Assembly (NCBI RefSeq): GCF_032191835.1
Contig: NC_083231.1
Coordinates: 97,030,001-97,094,000, forward strand
Origin: Heteronotia binoei
Taxonomy: Eukaryota
Length of the DNA: 64,000 nt
Direction: 5' to 3'
The notes below the pieces were generated by a model. That model saw only the letters and a list, made by a program, of their open reading frames with translations, had not been told where the DNA came from and searched no databases. Every line of letters starts with the position of its first letter. The first letter of the stretch is position 1. Both the position numbers and the translations under genes were made by a program. This document shows positions 1 to 13,580 of the stretch, one piece after another.

Positions 1-470
1 AGGAGGACTCATCAGTACCAAGCCCAGCAACAGCTATCAGTTCACTTTCCACCATCTAACTTGCATGATTTGTCCAGGCCTGACTGCTTGCTACTGTTCA
101 ACAGCAAATACTCCATAAAAGCCAGTGTAGTGTAGTGGTTAGTTTCACACAAGATCTGGGAGACCATTTTGCCATGAAAGCTTGCTGGGTGACATTAGGT
201 TAGTTATACTCTCAACCTAACCTGCCTACCTAAAAGAATGCTGTGTGCTGCTCTGGGCCCCCATTATGAAGAATGGTAGGTTATAAATGTAAATAATTAG
301 TTAATAAATATAGTTGAAGACAGGAAGCAGATAAAAAGATAGGAAAATTTAGGGTGGGAAGGAGAAAAGGAAGCATGTAAAAGTGAGGATGGTGGTTGCC
401 AGAAAAAGGGAGAGGGAAAGGGAAAATGGTGTGGGGAATATGATACAAAAGAAAATGAGGTACTCCCCAC

Positions 471-745
471 AAGAAGATATTGGATTTATATCCAGCCATT
501 TACTTACAGTCTCAAAGCAGCTTACGGTCTCCTTTCCCCTCCCCTCCCCACAACAGACACTCTGTGAGGTAGGTGGGGCTGAAAGTTCTTTGGAGAACTG
601 TGCTTGAGAGGATAGCTCTGAGAGAACTTGTGACTGACCCAAGGTCACCCCAGCAGTTACATGTGGAGAAGTGGGGAATCAAACCCGGTTCTCCCAGATT
701 ACAGTCCGGTCCGTATACTTAACTATTACACCAAACTGGCTCTCT
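471..745 (-). mobile_element. Squam3-type tRNA-derived SINE
   Basis: Reverse complement begins AGAGAGCCAGTTTGGTGTAATAGTTAAG, box B GGTTTGATTCCC, tail GATATAAATCCAATATCTTCT. Confidence 0.85.
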
Positions 746-3700
746 GGGCTCACTAACTAGGCCCAGCCTGGCTGCCAGCACTGTACAACTGGGTCATAGT
801 TTTCTTAGGTAGAAGGTGTGAGGGTGAAGGAAGGAGGGAAATCTTTCAGGGAAGGAAAAATGAGATGCTCCCCAAAGGTGTTTGCAGGTCTTCCACTTAT
901 ACTCTTGTCAGTATCATTTTCACTAGATTTTTAGAGACTTTTGGGGGTACTTGAGCAAAGGACCTATTTTAGATCAAACCTATCACTGCCATTGTTAGTC
1001 CATCTACTGTGCTTTCCCTTTTCTTTTCATTTTAATTATCCAAACCTGTAAATAATGCTTTTCTGCTTGGTTTCATGAATCAAAAGTTCCTTTGTGTGTG
1101 TGTGTATTTATATGTAAGTATGTATGTATGTGTGTGTATGTATATATATACTATATATATATGTATTCATTCCTGTCAACTGCTTTAACAGTGCACCAAG
1201 AGACAAGAAAAAATATGTAGGCCTACTAAGTGGGATCAACTAGGTTGTTGACATAGCAACACAAAAGAGAGAAGAGAATAATAATGCTGGTTCCCCTAGA
1301 GTTGCAATGCAGATTTTGAAGGTAATTGGATTTATTCTTATCTTGCAAACTAGTTTTACAGAAAGGAAATATAATATGACAGCAAAGAACATTAGGTAGG
1401 GATTAAGGAGGAAGATAAATTAACCAAAATATCACAGGATGTGTGAAATGAAACTTTGCATTGTACAGCATCAATCTAAAGATTAATCAATCAAAATACT
1501 CATAGTGGTATTTAACCATACAGGAGGGGTCATAGCTCAGTAGTAGTGCACACTTTATTTGGAAGGTCTCAAATTTAGTCCCTATTATCTCCAGTTAAAA
1601 AGACTTCTGCCACAAACCTTCAAAAATCTCTGTTCTAGCCTCAGGCTTCTTTCCTTCCTAATCATCCGTGGGACCCAGGACTTGCCCTACAGACTACCAC
1701 CAGCTGCCACAAGAGCTGGCACAAATGAGTTGTGAGTTGGTTGAACCAGCTGAATTCCCTTTCCGGCTCTCAGCTTAAATAGACTGATGAGAAGCAGCCA
1801 CAACTGTTCTGGAGGCAGTTTCTGGAATGGTTCTGGTGAGGTGTTAATTGGGCGAGAATCCTGCAGAGAAATAAGTCTGGTTTCACAGCTGGCACATGGG
1901 CTGTTAACCTGGCACTGCATCTCTTCTAAGCTACATCAGCACTAGTTTCTGCCAGATGGAAGTGGATCCTGGTGGGATCATGGTTCGGGTCCTGGGCTGG
2001 CACTTAGTTACCCAAGGATATGGGAGGATAGAAATACAGGTGGAGGAGCATCAACTACATGGGTAACCTCTGAAACAGATGGGTTGGAGTCTTCCACTGT
2101 GCTTGGGTCTCTGCCTGATTGCCCTGCTCTTCTACTTTTACTTACAAGAAATTCTTACCATAAAGTTCCTACAGTTTCCTGCAATTTTTAGAGCTACCTT
2201 CTGTCACTTCCAAGTAACACTAGGCATCACCACACACTCTATGGTAAGAACATTGTGTAAGTAGATGAGGCCTTATTTTTCTTTTTCTTTTTTCTCCTGG
2301 GATCTGAGGGCAGGGGCTTAGCAGTCCTAGTGGCGATCATGCCAGTTTCTGTCAGCTGAAGTGCAATTTATCTATCTCAAAAAATCAAGAATCTAGAGAC
2401 AGGGTGTTGAACTCATTTGTTAACAAGACCCGGATTTGACACAAATGGGACTTCATGAGGCTGAGCCATGCATGTCATAAAATGTAATGCTAGGTAGTGG
2501 AGATAAACTTTACAAAGGACACAGACAAACACAATTAAAGTTTTTTTTAACTTAAAATACAAACATGTTTGAAATTCTTGCAATATTTTGATTAAAATGG
2601 AAAGGTGGAGGAATAGTGGGATTTGGCAATGCAATTTTAAAAATACATCAAGAAAGAGCACAAGGATCACAACAGAAACGAAAAATATAAACTAAAAATA
2701 TAAAATACTCGGAGCCTGGGAAAACATGAAATGACTGGGCATTGCAAACTTCTCCCCCCTCCTGGGCCCACTTAGATTGACAATGGCTCTCAAGTGTAAT
2801 ATTCCTCTTTAGCTGTGGGTTCCCAGGTTAGAGTGCCCACTAGCACCAGTTCTCATGTCCATTCAGCAGAGACAAACTGGCTCAAAGCATTGACCCTTTA
2901 TTTGCAAGGAACTTCAACTGGCCATACTGAAGCAGTGTTAGAAAGTGAAACTACCTGAGCTCCACTCCGTTGAAATTGCAAGGAAAACTCATAGTGGATT
3001 TTCCATTGAAGTGTTTGAACCCAGAGACCTTAATGAAAACCCATTCCAAATTTTCTTTGCAGCTTTGCAAGTCCAGCTGAATCAGGCAAAGACAAGGCAG
3101 GAGGAGCTGGGAACATCATAGGCAGCCTCCAAGCTTCAAAGGGTGAAGACAGGAAGGGGAGGAGGGGGAAGAAAATTGCTACAGGCCTGATTGAAGCCCT
3201 AGGTTGGCTGGGTGTGGCCCATGGGCCAGGAATTTGACAGTCCTGGTGTAGAGAGTACATGTCAGCTTCATTGTACATTCTTCTGATTTTTCAGGAGTCT
3301 AATATTTGTGCCAATCAAAAAACACTCTAGAACAATGCAACTTTAAATTAGAATGTCCTTGTCTTCATGAATACCCAGGGAAGTGTATATTTGCATGCTT
3401 TTAATTACTGTTGGCATTTCAAACTGTAGTGCTAGAGGCAGCCATCTTGCTTCAGCTTGATCTTGTCTGTGACACTTATGTGTTTTCCAAAAGAGACCTG
3501 ATGCCATAAACTGTAAACAAGGCTCATATTAGATTTGATCTTAATTAAAAATATGTCCAAATGCAGAGGTTTGATGCTGATTGATAAGTAAGTTCCAACA
3601 GAATGGCAGTATGTTGCAAAGATGTAACAGTTTGCTTAACAGATAAGCTGTAATATTATCCTAATACTGTGAATTGTGAATCTTTCTTAAATTCCAGTTT

Positions 3701-6700
3701 CTAGCATTAACAGCTTATGCTTATCTGAGAAAGTCTGGAGGAGAATTTTGCACCACATGAAATATAAACTCGGAGTCACCTTACTTACTAATACTTCAGC
3801 CCAAAGCATCATAATAGACAGAAAGCAGTACTCACAATGATTCTATCTTCTACAGTTCTATTAAGTGGACAGCAATGGATTTATTCAGGGAAGACTCCAG
3901 CAGATCTGCCTAGTGCACTGTGCCATCAGGTCCCAATTCCCTAATCTTAGCCTATTTCTGTCCTCCACCATCTCTTCACTTCCTTTCTATTCTTGTAAAG
4001 CTTCCTCTCTCCCAGTTCACTTTCTACCAGGGGTATTAGTGTTGCTGTGACAAAGTAGTTCCAAGAAAAGAAACACACCTCCGTAATGAAGACAAACAGA
4101 GTTAAGCTGCAAGTTCAATTAACCAGTATACTTTAAGCAGCAGCTGCTGCATGGACTTCATTGTGAGGCAGCTGAATTTTGGCATCCCCCTCCTCCAACT
4201 TCAAAGGGCCTGGGCTTTGGAGGGATTTTTCAAATTGGATTCTCTGGTTTGGTATTGGTTCTGTTGGGCTTGCCACATCAGCCCGTGGTTCTGCTTGGCT
4301 TCTAAATCCCATCACCATTGGTTCCCACCCTCCCATCACTGCTAGGACACTTCAAAGCAAGGTGGTATGGGATGCATGTTAAGGCCAGAGAGACTTAAGA
4401 GAAAAGGAGGGGCAGCAAAAAAGGAAAGAACAAATATGAAAGGGGGGCAAGGGAAGAGTATAAAAAGAGGAAGTGTGGATGGGGTAAAGAAGGACAAAGG
4501 GAGCATAAAAGGAAGGAGTGTGGGGATGGTCAAGAGGAGGACACAGAGTAGAAGCAGGCACCAGGAAAGGAAATATGTTTGTTGGAGACGATGTTTTTCC
4601 TCCACTTTTCCTGACCCACCAAACAAATGGATGGGGTGCAAATGGATGGGGTGCAATCATACAACCTGGTTAATCTCTGCTACTTCCCTGTTTTCTATAC
4701 CCTACTGCTCTGCTCAGCAATCTGAAGCCTCCTCCAGGCTGAGGACTTTTCCTCCAGCTTAAGTACCGTAGATCTTCTGCCAGAGGAAGAGCCTCTTAAA
4801 TCAGAGGAAGGCTTAAAACTTTGTGGAGTGGTTGAATACAAGCCAAAAAATCCATTTCATCCAGTTCCCACAGAGATTCATGAAGTTCAGCAGTTAAAGC
4901 AGAGGGAAGAAATGGTGCGGTGTAAATTTAGTTTTATTACTGGAAATGTGAGGTGTGTGTACACATCGTTTCAAATGTTACACATACAGTTTATTAGTAT
5001 TATGCTTTCACATTGATATTTCTCACCTAGGCTGCAGCATAATACAATTTTTACCAACCTGCCCAACATTGGTTTTTATTCATGTTATTTACAGAAAAAT
5101 AATGAGAACACCAATTATTTCTGCAGGACAATCTCCAGCGCAAAAAATTTATGGAGCTCGTAGACAAGTGTTACTGTTCTTTTAAAACAAGTTTTCACTG
5201 CTTGATCTGTGCATGCATATACACACACACTCACATACACAAAGGAAATAGGTAATGAGCCTCAGGGGCTGACATACTGTGTTTTATCATGGGTGAGCAG
5301 TGGCAGAAAGAGACAGGGACGAGGGAGATAAGGAAGAAAAAGATGACTTGTTGCTATCTTCAGCCATAATGGTCGTGGTACTTATTTCATTCTCATCTTA
5401 TCTCCACCTTGGCCTTACACCTATTTGGTACTTGCACTAAATTGTATCACTCAATCTCTGCATTAGCACAGATTGCAACTATTGTGCTTTCAGAGCTTCT
5501 ATGTGAAATGAGTAAGTAACCACTACATTCTTGAACTATCTGCCAAGCACTTTGAAATCTTTTATCTCTACAATCCTGTTCAAGTGTTAACATGTACTGG
5601 GATCCCACCAACAGGAAATGTGCACTACCTGCTGATGCTCCTGATACATGGTGTGGCCACTTCATGTAAAAACAGAGACACCCAAATTCTTTGGGAGCAA
5701 ACAGTGGAAGCAAGAATCTGTGACAAGCCTTAGTCACACAAAATGGCAACTGCATATATCAGGAGATACAGATGCACATATGGTTGTTGGTAGTGCTCTC
5801 TCCCATTGGTGGGCTTCCTGTACAAGTGGTTGTAAACATCTGAACACAACTTGATTCGTAGCTGATGCACTAGAACTGTTTTTACGGTGCTCACACAGAT
5901 GCCATTAAATCCAATGATTACAGAATGAATCAGGGAGACCACCCCTGATACATGAGACAATCCCATTGATCCACCAGCTGTACAGAGACATCGCCTGCCC
6001 ACTTGCCACCTTCTGTAACAACCAGAACTTAACAGGGGTGGTGGTGTGCTAATGGCCTGACAGAGGAAGTAGTGAGGACATGAGCATCTATTGTGGCAGT
6101 TTTATAGATTTCCCTCCCTGAACCTTAGAGGAAAGCCACTTCTCTTCTGATTTTCTGTATAGATTTTATGGTTACATGAACATAGGTATGAAGAAATACA
6201 ATGGCGGGCATCCAACCATCTGCAGACTTCATGAAACAGAACTTTCCTGTTTATCCCATCTCTGCAGCCCACTAAGTCCTCCAAACTTGTGTTCCTCATC
6301 AGATCCTTTGAGACAGCATAAGGAGCGAAGTGGGTTCTCCAGTGAGGGGAACTAGTAGAAATCTCTGACCCTGGTTTCTGCAAACGGAAATGCCATACTG
6401 TTGGAAGAGCTGCAAGGCTGGATGAGTATGCATGTGAACTCACAGCAAATATATGGCAATGCCATTGGATTTCCAAGGCAAGAAATGAACAGAGATTGCC
6501 CACTTCTTTATAGTGACCCTGGATCTCCTTGGTGATCTCCCATCCAAGTACTAGCCAGGGTTGACCCTGCTTAGCTCCCAAGATCTGACAAAATTGGGTT
6601 AACCTGGTCAGGGCTATGGTTCATGCTTGCTACTAAAATAATTCTGATGGTCAGCATATATCCTATATTACTTTTGTCAAAATGATATGGTTAATGCAGA

Positions 6701-8544
6701 CTACCAAGTTGATTGCACTGTTCTATTACCAGCAGGAAAAGTAAGCCCCATTAGCTGTTTTGGCCAAATAATTCCTTTCAACGTTACTGTGTTTGTATTG
6801 TTGGCTATCCATGCTATGTGAGGCTACAGATTTCAGTTGGAGGGAGTAAAAAAAAAGTGTCACATATGTATCATCCAACTCTGGAACACCCTGCCAAGAT
6901 GGTTTAAAAATGGTCATAGAAATCCTCACTCATTTGGCAGTCTCTCATCAGAGTACACTGGCCAAGGTGTTCCTCTGTGGATTCCCCTACGGTCCAGTCA
7001 TTTTTTCCTGAAGTCTCCATGTATATTTGTGCCTCTACTAGTCAGCTGATGCAGATCTCTATCAACAGAAAAATGCAAATTGTACTTTTGTAAAAGTACA
7101 ACTTGCATTGTACTTTTAGCGTAGAATCAAACGAACCTCCTGACATCTATCAACTAAACACAAACTGCTTTTAATAGCAGCTGCAACTGCTAATGTCAAG
7201 ATGTGTATTCAGCTTTAAAGTTCTGCAGTGATGTGTGCTGTTGCTAATTCAAAACTGATCAAGCTACCAGAGGACGTTTCTCTGGCATGATCAGAACGTG
7301 TGAAATAATATTTCTTTTATAATACCCAGCACAAATGTGCTTAGCCAGCTGCTGATCTCTTTAGGCAGCGCTATCTTTTGCCCAGCCTTATAAACCTCCC
7401 TGTGAAGCGGTTCTATCATTTTTATTCTGTTCCTTGATTAACAGGGGAGGGGAGAGGAATGCAAAGAATGGGGAAAAAAAGATTGTGGCTGCTTCCCCCC
7501 TCCCTCTTATGAGCAGCTAGAAAAAAAGAATAGAAGTCCAGGAGCTTTATAAGTCTAGCTTAGACAGGAATTCAGATCTTTGATTAAAAAAGAGGATAAT
7601 AAAAGGAAATAAAAAAGAGAACAGCATAATAATAAATATAGTTACCCAACTTCCTCCACTCCGTGACTTTTAGATAAAACCAAATGCATTTAAATATATA
7701 TCGAACTCATAAAATAGAGGTCTAGCAACTTCAGTCCAGAAGCACAGGGATCCACTGTAATAATGGGACACGACTATCCACTTAGCTGAGCTGCCTGGGA
7801 TGCCAATTTTTCTGCATGGCTCCCAACAACAATACTACGCAAACAGTACTCAGTCACTGAATTAATTCCTATTAAACCAACTTCCTCAAAGATCAAGCAG
7901 TCCTTTAATAAGAGCCTCATTAAAATAGTGTTGGCATAATGCATTGGTTATAGCGAGGTTGACGTCAAACAAAGTACCCTGAGGCAAATGCCAGGGGTTC
8001 AGGACTTCTAGTGGGGCCCACTGCCTCTGACCTCCACTCATGCATCTCCCCAGTCACCTGCCTCTTCCTGTGGTCTCAACTGCCCAGAGTCATTGAGGAA
8101 GGGCATGTAGATGGTGCACAGTGGTGGCTTATCTTCTGGTGGCCATGGCAGCTGCATACCCTGGCCAGTGCTATCATGGAACAGGTGTGTGGGTGGGACA
8201 GGCAACAGAGCATGGGTGATGGGAAGGCTTGCAAATGGGAGAAGGATGCACAAGCAGGTGGGGGGCATGCAGGTGTGGGGGTGAAAAGGAAGGCCTTGAT
8301 GGTGGTGAGTGGGGGACTTCAGGTACTGTCTGCCCAGGGCCCCACTGAAATCTGGAACTAGCCCGGGATTATAGTATATCTTGCAAACATGAGGAGACGT
8401 TTCTCAGAGCTGAGAGATGGACATAGTAGCAGTTGCTTTAAATGGCTACTTGTCACAACTGTGGGATGACTAGATTAACACATGGCAGAACGTGAGGCAA
8501 ATTTGTTTTTACTTCTTAAGACAAGTGCTAATGTGGTCTAATAG

Positions 8545-10085
8545 AGATGACTCTTTTGACCTTATATCCAGGGGCTTGTTGTGGGAAAAATGGAAAGCTA
8601 TGAATATAGGCCAGAGGCTATTATATCTGATATGCACCCTTTACTCCAACACATCCCTTAGAGTTAGGTGTGATAGAGCTGGACAACTTTCTAATGTAGT
8701 AGCCACAGTTAGAGGAGTAAAACAAGGATGTTTTCTAGCACCAGTGTTGTTTAATTTACACATTAATAATCTGATTAGCAGCATAAATTCTGTCGACACT
8801 CACCCCCCCCCCCCTATTTTAGCAAATAGGAAAATATCAGCTTTTCTATTTGCCGACAGTTCTTTTATCTAGAACCCCAGTGGGTCTGAAAAGAGCACTC
8901 AAGGCATTCGGCTCCTACTGTGAAGAGACCCGACTAGAGATTAACTATAATAAAACTAAAATTCTATCATTCGGCAAAAGTAGGGGGAAAAGGTCTTGGT
9001 ATATCAATGGCCATAGGTTAGAACAAGTATCATATTTTAAATATTTAGGGGCAATGATTCATTCATTTGGGAGTAGAACTGCGCATCATGATTATGCTGC
9101 ATCAATTGGCCAGAAAACTGCACAGGGCATTCTTAAATTTGCTCATAACAAAGGAGGCATGTATATACCAGCAGCTTTACGGCTATTTTTGGCAAAAACA
9201 TCGCCCTAATTAGTGTATGGGACAAAACTTGGACCTTCCTCTTCCCTTTTTGCTCTTCTAGAAAAAGTTCAGTCAAGATTCTTGACAGCTTTATTCCAGG
9301 TTCCAAGATGTGTGTCTAATGCCAGTCTACATCTTGAGTCAGGGTTAGTTAAAGCGGAAGCTAGGGTAAGCCTAGCCTCTATTAACTTTGGTTAAAGTTA
9401 GTACACAACCCAAAGGGTTTGACAGCTTTAGTCCTGCAAGATAATTTTCAGTCCTTTTGGGAGAGGGCCATCTACTCTAAACTACAGAATATGGGCTTCT
9501 CTTTAGAATTTGTTTAACAAAGGGGTTATGATCAAGCAAGATCAATGATCAAACAAAGATTGCTTGATATAGAGCACCAAAGAGATAGCAATAATACCCC
9601 AAATTTCCTAACTCCAGAGAAGCTAAAATATGTGGTTGCCCCAGCACCCTACCTCTCCATTTTGGAGGTACCTAGTCAACAGAGGGCTTTCACCTTGGCA
9701 ACATGGTGAGCCCTCCCATCTGCAGTTGTAGATGGGAGATTTAAAAAAACTCCCATGAAGGAGAGAACCTGTCCATGTGACACTGATGAAGTGGAATCTA
9801 TAGAACATGAACTGTTTTGTTGTCGTTTCTATCAGGAAGTTCGATCTAATGTAATTTTCCCTCAGCTTAATAATTACTTAGGTTGTTCTGATGCAGATAT
9901 TTTAAGGAAGCTTTTGATGGGTGCGAATTCACAGGTCACTATTAGCTGTGCTAATTTTTTCTCAGCAGCTTGTACAATTCAGCGTGAAATTTTAGGTATA
10001 GATTCTAAATTTTAGAGCTATATAATAGGTCCAGATTTTAAGTTCTTATGTATGGGTTGTAAATGTTAAATCTTAGAGATATTCC
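8545..10085 (+). mobile_element. 5'-truncated non-LTR retrotransposon, RTE-X-like ORF2 relic
   Basis: FDLISRGLLWEK, GVKQGCFLAPVLFNLHIN, FLFAD, INYNKTK, FKYLG and C-terminal ALPSAVVDGRF...RTCPC...ESIEHELFCC; several stops and frameshifts. Clade call is less certain than the RT call. Confidence 0.8.
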
Positions 10086-10734
10086 TGTTATATTTAGATC
10101 AGCTTGAGACCCTGGAGAGCCGCTGCCAGTTTGAGTAGACAATACTGACTTTGATGGACCGAGGGTCTGATTCAGTATAAGGCAGCTTCATATGTTCTCA
10201 TATGGCTACTTTTTCTGCAGCCCAGCAACTGACATGAGCTTGATTTAAAAGTGACACTGGCTGAGGCAAATGGGACTTTGTGCACATTATCTCATTACAA
10301 CTTGGCTGTCACACATGGAAAGCAGATACATGCAGTCTCTTCTGGGAAGGCAGAGCTCATCCTCTTCCCTTTCAGCTGGGAATCTGCTGATGTAAATAAC
10401 GTATGAAAGAGAATGAACAGGACTGCAAAGAGAGGAAACACATTCTTACAGTTTGAGCCTACATATATGGCACTCAGAATTAAATCCCAATGAGATTAAT
10501 TAATTAATCATGCAATTAGTCATGCAGATACAGCCAGTTACCTTGATCCTGGGCATTATTACATGGCAGAAAATCCCATCGGCTTCAATATGATTTACTC
10601 AAATGTAAGTGTGAATAGGATTCTGCCCTTACAGGGCACTCTCATGCATATTTACTCAGAAGCAAGTCCTCCAGGAATTTCTGTGAATAGGAATGCAACC
10701 TCAAGGTAATATTGCCTGCATGAGGGAGGTGAAA

Positions 10735-11905
10735 TATATATACTTGGACTTTCATGAGGAGGTACCTTGCCAATGCCTCCTGAGTAAATTTAGGAGTCAT
10801 GGGATAAGAGAACAGGTTCTCTTGTGGATTAAAAAACTGGCTAAATGACAGAAAGCAAATTGTGGGAATAAATGGACAGTTCTCACGATGGAGGAAGTAA
10901 ACAGTGGAGTTTGGTATTAGTATTAGGGACAGAACTATTTAATTTATTCATAAATGACGTGGAGCTAGGGGCAAGTAGTGTAGAGGCCAAGTTTGCAGAT
11001 CACACAAAATTATTCAGGATGGTGAAAACCAAGGCTGACTTTGAAGAGTTCTAAGAATATCTCCACAGACTGGGTGGGTGAGTGACAATGTAGCAAATGA
11101 AATTTATGTTGGTAAGCAAAAGGTTATGCACATTGGGGCAAAAAATCCCAACTTCAAGTTTAGGCTAATGGGGTCTGAACTTGCTGACTCTGAGAAGGAA
11201 AAAAATATCTTGCGGTCGTAGTGGATAGGTCAATGAAAGTGTCAACCCAGTGTGCTGCAGCAGTGAATATGGCTGACTTCATGATAGGATATTAGGGACC
11301 GGTTGAGATTATAATCCCGCTAGACAGATCTATGGTGCAGCCTCATTGGAAATACAGTGTACAGTTCTGGTCACTGTATCTCAAAAAGGACATCACAGAG
11401 CTGGGAAAAGTGCAGTAGAGGACAACCAAGATTATTAAGGGGTTGGAGCACTTTCCCTATGAGGAAAGGCTGAAGAGTCTGGTTAACTAATAGAACGTTT
11501 TGCCACTCTCCTAAAATACTAAATTTGAGGGCATCCAATGAAGCTGATGGGTAGTAGATTCAGGATAGACAAAAGGAAATGTTTCTTTACATAGAGAATG
11601 ATTAAAATGTGGAATTCACTGCCAGAGGATGCAGCAACGGCCACAGGAATAAGCAGCTTTAAAAGAGGGTTAGAAAGATTCATGGAGGATAGGTCTATCA
11701 GTAGCTACTAGCCATGTTGACTGAGGACAGCCTTCATGTTCAGAAGCAGTCAGCCTCTAAATCCCAGTGCTAGGATTAGGGGAAGATCATTAGGGGAAGA
11801 TCACAGCCTCTATGTCCTGTCATTGGCCCTTTGGAGGAACTGGTTGGCGACTGTGTAAGACAGGATACTGTTCTAGATGAACCACTGGTCCCTCTTATGC
11901 TCTTA
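10735..11905 (+). mobile_element. Degraded 5'-truncated CR1 LINE (older subfamily, different 3' UTR)
   Basis: LFNLFINDVELGASSVEAKFAD parallels the 52-kb CR1; ends CTCTTATGCTCTTA. Confidence 0.9.
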
Positions 11906-12929
11906 AAAGTTGTCTTCTTAACAGCATCAACCTCTGTGAACAATTGCTGCAGGTCACAGGCTACATTTTTGGTAATGAAGCATTATTTTCTTTTAGTGCT
12001 TTTAATGACAGTCATCATCAGTTTGGGAAATATTAGGAATAGACCATCCAGACCTTGGACTTTTCTGCATTCTCATCTTCCTTGTGAGTGTGTTCCTGTT
12101 GCTTGTGGGGGAGGGTCTGTTTTGCACATGTTTTGCACCCTCCAGTGGTCAATTTGGTATTACATCACTCTGTGTCCAGCATCTCCCTGTAGATTTAAAC
12201 TGCATATTTTTATGCCAGACAAAAAAGTGATGTAATATTAAATCAACCACTGTTAGCCAAATTGCCTGTACACTAGAGGTAGCAAAACATGGAACAGACC
12301 CCCACCACCACAACCCAAAGCAACAGGAACACAGAGAGGAAAATGAGAACACAGGAAAGCCCCTTGACAGAAAACAGTCTGTCAAACTAACTGTGGAATC
12401 TCATTGTTTCCCTTGGGTTTACTACAAAAAATTGCCACCTTCAGTTTTGGAACTGTCTCTCCATTGTATGACAATAGAAAGATTTTTTTCTCTCAACTAT
12501 AAAATAAAATCTCATCAGCGTATGTCTCCAATAAAAGAAAGTGTATGTGAGATTCTCTCACTGAATGGCATAGGAATAGCTGATGATGAGCCATTCACTG
12601 TTGTAGTAGGATTCTTACAAAGAAAGGAACAAAGATGAAAAGAAACAAACACCACCACAGTGTACCGAGACAGATTTTGCTCAGAGGTTTTTTAGAAAAA
12701 CTATAAGAACTACAAGAGACTTACTGTATCGTATGTTTCTGAGTTCTACTGTTTCCACAGAATTTTATTAAAATGTCATACTCCTAGAATTCAAAATTTC
12801 AATGACTTCCAATCTGATGCTGTCTTGATTTATTGCTATAATGCCATGTGTTCAATATGGCTGTCAAACATAATTGTGTGTCTATTTGGACACACAATTA
12901 TGACCCCTAGAGCAGTATCCTAAACTTTG

Positions 12930-13350
12930 GGTGGGTCATTGCTCTCTTCAAGAAGAATGTGTTGTAAAACTCTTCTGCCAAAGGAGGCATCTGCAGAATT
13001 ATACACATTCAGTTCATAATGTCTTACAAATGTTGATATCAATGATGGTTGCTACTCTGCAGACTTCCTCTACTGACGCATATTTAGCAAATGCATTCTT
13101 GGTGGCTACACTTCTCACTGAGTGTGCTATAATCCCTGGAGGGACCTCAATCTTGAGAGACTTGTAAGCTTCCACAATGCATTATTTGATTGCTAAAGTA
13201 ATTGCAGATTTGGGCATCTTTCCCCCTAGGTTAGTGGGAGAAATACTGATAAACTCTTCCCGATGTCCTCAGTCATTGTTATATAGGCTTTGAGGGATCT
13301 TTGAATGTCCACTGTATGCCAAGATTTTGGATCTCGACAGTCTCAGATTC
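12930..13350 (-). mobile_element. DIRS-type tyrosine-recombinase retrotransposon relic (YR C-terminus)
   Basis: Manual minus-strand translation across frameshifts: WHTVDIQRSLKAYI...EAYKSLKIEVPPGIIAHSVRSVATKNAFA...FVRHYELNVYNSADASFGRRVLQH, with the HxxR and catalytic Tyr motifs. Confidence 0.8.
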
Positions 13351-13362
13351 TGAGACTGAGAA

Positions 13363-13580
13363 GCAATGTTCCCTTTAAGCTGCAGAGTCTTGTGAGCAAA
13401 AATTCTACTTCGTGAGCTACTGGCATTAAAGTTGTGAGCTCCTGGCATTAAAGCTGTGAGCTACTGCATAAATTAGTGTGCTCTGGGGCCATTGTTTCCT
13501 GAGCTAAGACAAAAATGTGTGAGCTGGAGGCTAAAAATCTGTGAGCTAACTCACACTAACTCAGCTTCAAGGGAACATTG
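13363..13580 (+). mobile_element. hAT MITE (CAGTGTTCCC family)
   Basis: TIRs CAATGTTCCCTTTAAGCTG / CAGCTTCAAGGGAACATTG; two 22-bp units; no clean TSD; abuts the DIRS relic. Another copy at 33973-34173. Confidence 0.8.

Noticed and set aside
4342-4762. Lys/Gly-rich 131-aa ORF and hydrophobic antisense ORFs
   Set aside because: Products of a purine-rich low-complexity tract; no splice or domain support.
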